Part shown: in pieces, positions 59,387 to 64,000 of the stretch
Numbering within the stretch: the stretch's first letter is position 1
Layout of the letters: every line of letters starts with the position of its first letter
Source: Cytophagales bacterium
GTDB lineage: Bacteria > Bacteroidota > Bacteroidia > Cytophagales > UBA9547
Direction of reading: 5' to 3'
NCBI GenBank assembly: GCA_013297755.1
Contig: JAAFIH010000001.1
Coordinates: 140,303 to 204,302, forward strand
Length of the DNA stretch: 64,000 bases
The notes under the pieces: generated by a model
What the model was told of the DNA's origin: nothing
Seen by the model: the letters and a program-made list of their open reading frames with translations, nothing else
Database searches by the model: none
Made by a program: the position numbers and the translations under genes

Positions 59387-60283
59387 ATGTCATTAGCAAG
59401 TAGATTATGGATAGATAAAAATGCAAAAAAAGTAATGCTTTTTTGTGTGTTTTTTTGCCTATCTTTTACTTTTTTTATTGGCTTTGGTTTGTATAGCAAA
59501 TCCATCAATTTATTAACCCAATTTCGTTCTTATGATTTATTGTTGTCATCAGAATGGATGCCTGGTAAGATGAAATTTGGCATATTTTCTTTTATTATTG
59601 GTACACTTTATGTTACAGTATTGGCCATGATTATAGCAGTACCACCATGTGTGTTGGCCGCTATTTATCTTACCGAATATGCAAATTACAAAATAGTAAG
59701 ATTTGTTCGCCCTGTTGTAGATGTGCTTGCGGGTATTCCTTCAGTAATATTTGGCGTTTGGGGTATCATTTTGATAGTACCATTTATTAGAGATTTTATT
59801 GCTCCATTTTTTGGAGTTCAGACCTCTGGGTACACGGCCTTGGCAGGGGGAATAGTGCTGGCTGTATCTGTTTTTCCTGTTATTTTACAATTATTAATAG
59901 AGCTTTTCAAAACTATTCCACAAGAGTTAAGAGATGCCTCGCTCGCTCTTGGAGCTACACAATGGCAAACTACCAAATTAGTAATGTTACGAAAAGCAGG
60001 CCCAGGTGTAGTTTCGGCAGTTGTTATCGCATTTTCTAGAGCTTTTGGCGAAACCATGTCGGTCATTATGGTTACTGGTAATGTAGCTATGGTACCCAAA
60101 TCTGTATTTGATCCTGTCTACCCTATGCCTTCGCTTATTGCCAACAATTATGGAGAAATGTTGTCTATACCAATGTATGATTCAGCTCTTATGTTTGTGG
60201 CTTTGGTTTTGTTTTTAATTGTATTAATTTTCAACATTATTTCAAGATATATTTTACGGAAAGTAGAATTAAGCAGTATTTAA
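59387..60283 (+). CDS. pstC: phosphate ABC transporter permease PstC-like
   Basis: Six TM helices, GIPSVIFGVWG, and the EAA-loop region RDASLALGATQWQTTKLVMLRKAGPG. Confidence 0.75.
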   Translation: MSLASRLWIDKNAKKVMLFCVFFCLSFTFFIGFGLYSKSINLLTQFRSYDLLLSSEWMPGKMKFGIFSFIIGTLYVTVLAMIIAVPPCVLAAIYLTEYANYKIVRFVRPVVDVLAGIPSVIFGVWGIILIVPFIRDFIAPFFGVQTSGYTALAGGIVLAVSVFPVILQLLIELFKTIPQELRDASLALGATQWQTTKLVMLRKAGPGVVSAVVIAFSRAFGETMSVIMVTGNVAMVPKSVFDPVYPMPSLIANNYGEMLSIPMYDSALMFVALVLFLIVLIFNIISRYILRKVELSSI

Positions 60284-60287
60284 AACC

Positions 60288-61367
60288 ATGCAAAAAGACA
60301 TATATATTGATATTTTAGTTGATAATAGCAAGGCTGTATCACAAAAAGAGGCACTATCTACCGTGTCCACTGCTTTTGAATTTGATGCCATTACTAAAAT
60401 ATTAATTGCAAAATCTGAAATCGCATCTCAATCGATGTTTGCAGACAAAAAACTACGAAAAGCTGCACTTTTTGCTCCTAATAGAGCCTATCTTAAAAAA
60501 CTAATTCATCAACACCACAAGCCACTAAAAATAGAAAAAATCGAAGATTTTACATTTTTAGACGCTCATTTTAAAGATAAATTAATAGATGAAATTACAG
60601 AAATACCCGTAAATCCAACAAGAGAAAATTCAGAGTTTGAGGTTGAAAAAGATACCTATTTAACACAAATTGTAAATGATAAAATCATTAATAATGGCAC
60701 TCAAATAACAGTAAATCCAAGTACAAGAAATTCGGAGTTTGAGGTTGAAAAAGAGGCTTTTTTAACACAATTAGCAAACGATCATGTATTAGTTACCAAT
60801 GATTCATTTACAGAAGAAAATCAATTTTCTGAAAACGAAACATATAAACAAACAAATGCTGAAGCAGATATTTCAGTAGATTTGATACCTACAAATGAAT
60901 TTAATTTTCTAGAAAATACAAATATCGAAGAGCAAAATATCGAAAGTCCAAAAGAAGAATTTTTGAGATTTGAATCAAAATTTTATGTGCATATATCCAC
61001 ATTTGGCCACACCCCAAAAGCCAGCAAAGTAGATGCAGTGGATGAGTTTTTAGCGTATCGAATACAGCAAGAGACCGAAAAAGCCACTCCTGATGTGCAG
61101 CAACTCATTATACAAAAATTCCTTGAAGATGAACCAGTAATCAATAGATTAAGTAATAATTTTGTAGAAACAAACAAGACCGATTTATCAAAAACTAGCA
61201 CAATGCCATCTGAGTTTATTACAGAAAATTATGCCAACATTTTGATAAAGCAAAAAAAATATGATAAGGCAATAGAAATATATAATAAATTAATTTTGAA
61301 AAATCCAGAAAAAGAAACTTATTTTGCGGATAAAATTATTTTAATACAATCTTATCATTCCTTATAA
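60288..61367 (+). CDS. hypothetical acidic protein with an internal ~35-aa duplication and a C-terminal TPR-like motif
   Basis: NPTRENSEFEVEKDTYLTQIVNDK and NPSTRNSEFEVEKEAFLTQLANDH are repeats. The C-terminus reads ANILIKQKKYDKAIEIYNKLILKNPEK. Confidence 0.4.
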   Translation: MQKDIYIDILVDNSKAVSQKEALSTVSTAFEFDAITKILIAKSEIASQSMFADKKLRKAALFAPNRAYLKKLIHQHHKPLKIEKIEDFTFLDAHFKDKLIDEITEIPVNPTRENSEFEVEKDTYLTQIVNDKIINNGTQITVNPSTRNSEFEVEKEAFLTQLANDHVLVTNDSFTEENQFSENETYKQTNAEADISVDLIPTNEFNFLENTNIEEQNIESPKEEFLRFESKFYVHISTFGHTPKASKVDAVDEFLAYRIQQETEKATPDVQQLIIQKFLEDEPVINRLSNNFVETNKTDLSKTSTMPSEFITENYANILIKQKKYDKAIEIYNKLILKNPEKETYFADKIILIQSYHSL

Positions 61368-61376
61368 TATATCATC

Positions 61377-61709
61377 ATGTTCACGGTAGCTTTAATTTTT
61401 ATTGCATTTATTTGTTTATTTTTAGTTTTAGTAGTGTTATTGCAAAGTTCAAAGTCATCAGGTGGGTCTGGAGCAGCCTTTGGTTCGAGCATGAATTATT
61501 TGGTAGGTGCCAACAAAAAAGGCGATTTATTAGAAAATATCACTTGGGGACTAGCCATAGTGTTGTTGGTAAGTTGCTTGGCAACCAATTTTATTATAGA
61601 TAGAGATGGCACTGGCCAGGTAGAACTTAATAGTCCAAATATCGAAAGAGCTCAAGAATCTGGTTTTCAGCAACCAGCAGCTCCACAACAACAACAAGAG
61701 CAAAAATAA
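61377..61709 (+). CDS. secG: preprotein translocase subunit SecG
   Basis: LVLVVLLQSSKSSGGSGAAFGS signature, two TM helices, and a Q-rich tail. Confidence 0.8.
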   Translation: MFTVALIFIAFICLFLVLVVLLQSSKSSGGSGAAFGSSMNYLVGANKKGDLLENITWGLAIVLLVSCLATNFIIDRDGTGQVELNSPNIERAQESGFQQPAAPQQQQEQK

Positions 61710-61734
61710 TTTTATTAATCTGTTTTTATCTTTT

Positions 61735-61770
61735 GAGGGATGTTTTTAAATAAATTTAAAAACATCCCTC
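61735..61770 (+). terminator. intrinsic terminator after secG
   Basis: gagggatgtttttaaa-taaa-tttaaaaacatccctc: a perfect 16-bp stem with a 4-nt loop, followed by a T-rich tract. Confidence 0.75.
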
Positions 61771-61823
61771 AATTTATTTTTAAAAATATTTTTTTTATTA
61801 CTATTTGTTTATATATTTGTAAT

Positions 61824-62816
61824 ATGAAGCAAATAAGATACTTAATAATCGTCCTAATTTTTGCAAAATTCAGTCTAGTTTTTGCACAAGTAACTCCAAA
61901 AATTTCGGCAGCAACTGTCAAATTAACCTCTGGTTATCATCCAATTACCATACAGCTAGGACTTGGTTCTTGTTCATATTATGGAGAATTGAGCAGTACA
62001 GAACATAGCTTCAAAGCTATGAACTATCAAATCAATGTTGGAAGTAGATACAGAATAAGCCCAAGATTCTGCGTTGGTGCTTTGCTACGCCATGCTGTCA
62101 TGACAGCAGATGATAAAAGTTCAGATTCTCCTGTAGAAAATGGCGGCTCTGGCCGTTATGAAAGAGGTCTAAATTTTAGAACCAACACGTTGGCTCTTGA
62201 GGCCTTTGGTACTTTTGATATTTTTCCTTCCAAAAGAAATCATATTGTAGAAGGTGCCATAGTAAATAATAGTGGCATTTTTGGTATCAACCCTTATCTT
62301 ATTGTTGGCGTTGGATTAATGTACTACAACCCAACAACTGAATTGAATGGAAAAACATACAGTTTAAGATCTGCCAAAACTTCATTAGAAAAACAAAATG
62401 GAGAAAGTTATAGCATTTTTACCCCTGTAATCATGTATGGTGCTGGTGCAAGAGTACAATTAAATCGATTATTTGATTTAGGTTTTGATGTAACTTTTAA
62501 TAATTCTTTTACTGATAATTTGGATGATGTCGCTTCAAATTCACATTATCCCGACCGCACAAGACCAGACATTACCCAGCTAGATTTAGCTTTATCAGAT
62601 AGATACCCGCTCGAAGGATTGCCTGCACGCACAAGTGACGACTTGAGATCTTACTCTAAAGGCAAAATTTTAGACAGCTATTTTATGATAAATATAAAAG
62701 TCGAATACACCATACCTGGCAAATTGGATGCCAGAGAGTCTAAAAAACTAAATACCTCCAAAAGACATCTACAAAAAGGAAAAGGTGCAAAACATCATAA
62801 GTTTGATAAACGATAG
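61824..62816 (+). CDS. outer-membrane beta-barrel protein (function unknown)
   Basis: Start set at MKQIRYLIIV, with a signal peptide ending FAQ. The longer ORF begins inside the secG terminator. Beta-strand pattern and a basic C-terminal tail. Confidence 0.5.
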   Translation: MKQIRYLIIVLIFAKFSLVFAQVTPKISAATVKLTSGYHPITIQLGLGSCSYYGELSSTEHSFKAMNYQINVGSRYRISPRFCVGALLRHAVMTADDKSSDSPVENGGSGRYERGLNFRTNTLALEAFGTFDIFPSKRNHIVEGAIVNNSGIFGINPYLIVGVGLMYYNPTTELNGKTYSLRSAKTSLEKQNGESYSIFTPVIMYGAGARVQLNRLFDLGFDVTFNNSFTDNLDDVASNSHYPDRTRPDITQLDLALSDRYPLEGLPARTSDDLRSYSKGKILDSYFMINIKVEYTIPGKLDARESKKLNTSKRHLQKGKGAKHHKFDKR

Positions 62817-62843
62817 TTATAGAGATTTAATTATATGAAGAAT

Positions 62844-62883
62844 ACAAACAAAAGAGTTTCAAAATTGAAACTCTTTTGTTTGT
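62844..62883 (+). terminator. intrinsic terminator after the beta-barrel gene
   Basis: acaaacaaaagagtttcaa-aa-ttgaaactcttttgtttgt: a perfect stem of about 19 bp. Confidence 0.7.
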
Positions 62884-62933
62884 AAAAGGGTTATAAGTTA
62901 TACTTGTAATAATTAAATTATAATAAATCTATT

Positions 62934-64000
62934 ATGCCTTTTTCGCTCGTATCTGAATATAAACCCACAGGAGATCAGCCTAAAGCCATAGCCGAATTGG
63001 TAAAAAACACCAATAATGGAGACATTTGTCAGGTTTTATTAGGAGCTACTGGTACAGGCAAAACTTTTACGATAGCAAACCTCATTCAACAAACACAAAG
63101 ACCAACACTTATTTTAAGCCACAACAAAACACTGGCTGCCCAACTTTATGGAGAGTTTAAGCAATTTTTTCCCAACAATGCCGTAGAATATTTTATTTCA
63201 TATTACGATTATTATCAACCAGAGGCTTTTTTGCCCTCTACTGGCACATACATCGAAAAAGATTTGGCCATCAACGAAGAGATTGAAAAATTGCGATTGA
63301 GTGCTACTTCTGCCTTAGTATCTGGCCGAAGAGATGTCATTGTGATAGCATCTGTTTCGTGTATTTATGGTATTGGAAATCCCGAAGAGTTTAGTAAATT
63401 AACCATAAAAATCAAAAAAGGCGATATTTTTGGACGAAATAGATTTTTGTATGCCCTTGTAGAAATTCTTTATAGCCGAACTATGGCCGAATTTAAACAT
63501 GGTAATTTTAGAGTAAAAGGCGATACAGTAGATATTTTTCCTGCGTATGCAGATTTTGCTTATCGTATTATTTTTTTTGACGATGAAATAGAAAAAATAC
63601 AAAGAATAGAACCAGAATCAGGCAAAAAAATTGCTGACGAAGACCAAATCAGTATTTTCCCTGCTGCCCTTTTTGTAACTGGCAAAGATGCTTTGAGCGT
63701 AGCCATGAATGAAATTAGGATAGATTTAGGACTTCAAATCAAATATTTTGAACAGCAACAGCGATTTGTTGAAGCCAAAAGATTGCAAGAACGCACTGAA
63801 TTTGATTTAGAAATGATGGGCGAACTGGGCTATTGCTCTGGTATTGAAAATTATTCAAAATATTTTGATAGACGAGACACTGGGCAGCGGCCATTTTGCC
63901 TACTAGATTATTTTCCAGATGATTATTTGACTGTGATAGACGAAAGCCATGTTACAATTTCGCAAATAAGAGCTATGTGGGGGGGCGATAGGTCTCGAAA
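62934..64000 (+). CDS. uvrB: excinuclease ABC subunit B, N-terminal part; 3' end outside window
   Basis: MPFSLVSEYKPTGDQPKAI, Walker A GATGTGKTFT, SHNKTLAAQLY and YFISYYDYYQPEAF. The frame is open to the window end, which is why it is absent from the ORF track. Confidence 0.95.
   Translation, partial: MPFSLVSEYKPTGDQPKAIAELVKNTNNGDICQVLLGATGTGKTFTIANLIQQTQRPTLILSHNKTLAAQLYGEFKQFFPNNAVEYFISYYDYYQPEAFLPSTGTYIEKDLAINEEIEKLRLSATSALVSGRRDVIVIASVSCIYGIGNPEEFSKLTIKIKKGDIFGRNRFLYALVEILYSRTMAEFKHGNFRVKGDTVDIFPAYADFAYRIIFFDDEIEKIQRIEPESGKKIADEDQISIFPAALFVTGKDALSVAMNEIRIDLGLQIKYFEQQQRFVEAKRLQERTEFDLEMMGELGYCSGIENYSKYFDRRDTGQRPFCLLDYFPDDYLTVIDESHVTISQIRAMWGGDRSR

Overview
The window is a visibly AT-rich chromosomal segment from a Bacteroidota genome. 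Supporting signs are a SusC/SusD pair, T9SS C-terminal sorting domains, a DUF4249/TonB-receptor pair, TAnnTTTG -7 promoter boxes and signal peptides that end in A-Q or S-Q. All calls come from reading the translated ORFs and the DNA by eye; no searches were run.

Most of the window is housekeeping: aroB, tadA, rpoZ, gap, era, rfbA, miaE, ndk, msrA, rho, secG, uvrB, pstC and an Lrp regulator. There is also one polysaccharide-utilisation-type locus (16.5-29.1 kb) and a giant OmpA-family protein carrying a 14 x 78-bp in-frame tandem repeat.

Two accessory patches stand out:
- **37.0-41.7 kb.** A signal-peptide-less S8 subtilase lies tail-to-tail with a classical AAA+ ATPase. The ATPase sits downstream of a translationally coupled XRE-HTH / ImmA-IrrE metallopeptidase pair. 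This looks like an IetAS-like protease/ATPase core joined to an ImmR/ImmA- or CapH/CapP-like derepression switch. It is my best candidate for an undescribed defence or conflict module.
- **49.2-54.4 kb.** A cassette region downstream of msrA is partitioned by three copies of a ~230-bp non-coding element. It contains two near-identical Rpn/YhgA-like PD-(D/E)XK genes in 1.04-kb direct repeats, two unrelated GNAT genes, a DinB gene, and a HigB/RelE toxin inactivated by a TGG>TAG nonsense codon next to an intact antitoxin.

Other oddities:
- a fused metal-ABC substrate-binding protein, TM helix and ATPase in one ORF, with no permease nearby;
- an orphan PD-(D/E)XK-like ORF with a possible 3'-overlapping antisense sRNA;
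- an orphan pstC.

I saw no tRNA, rRNA or CRISPR array.
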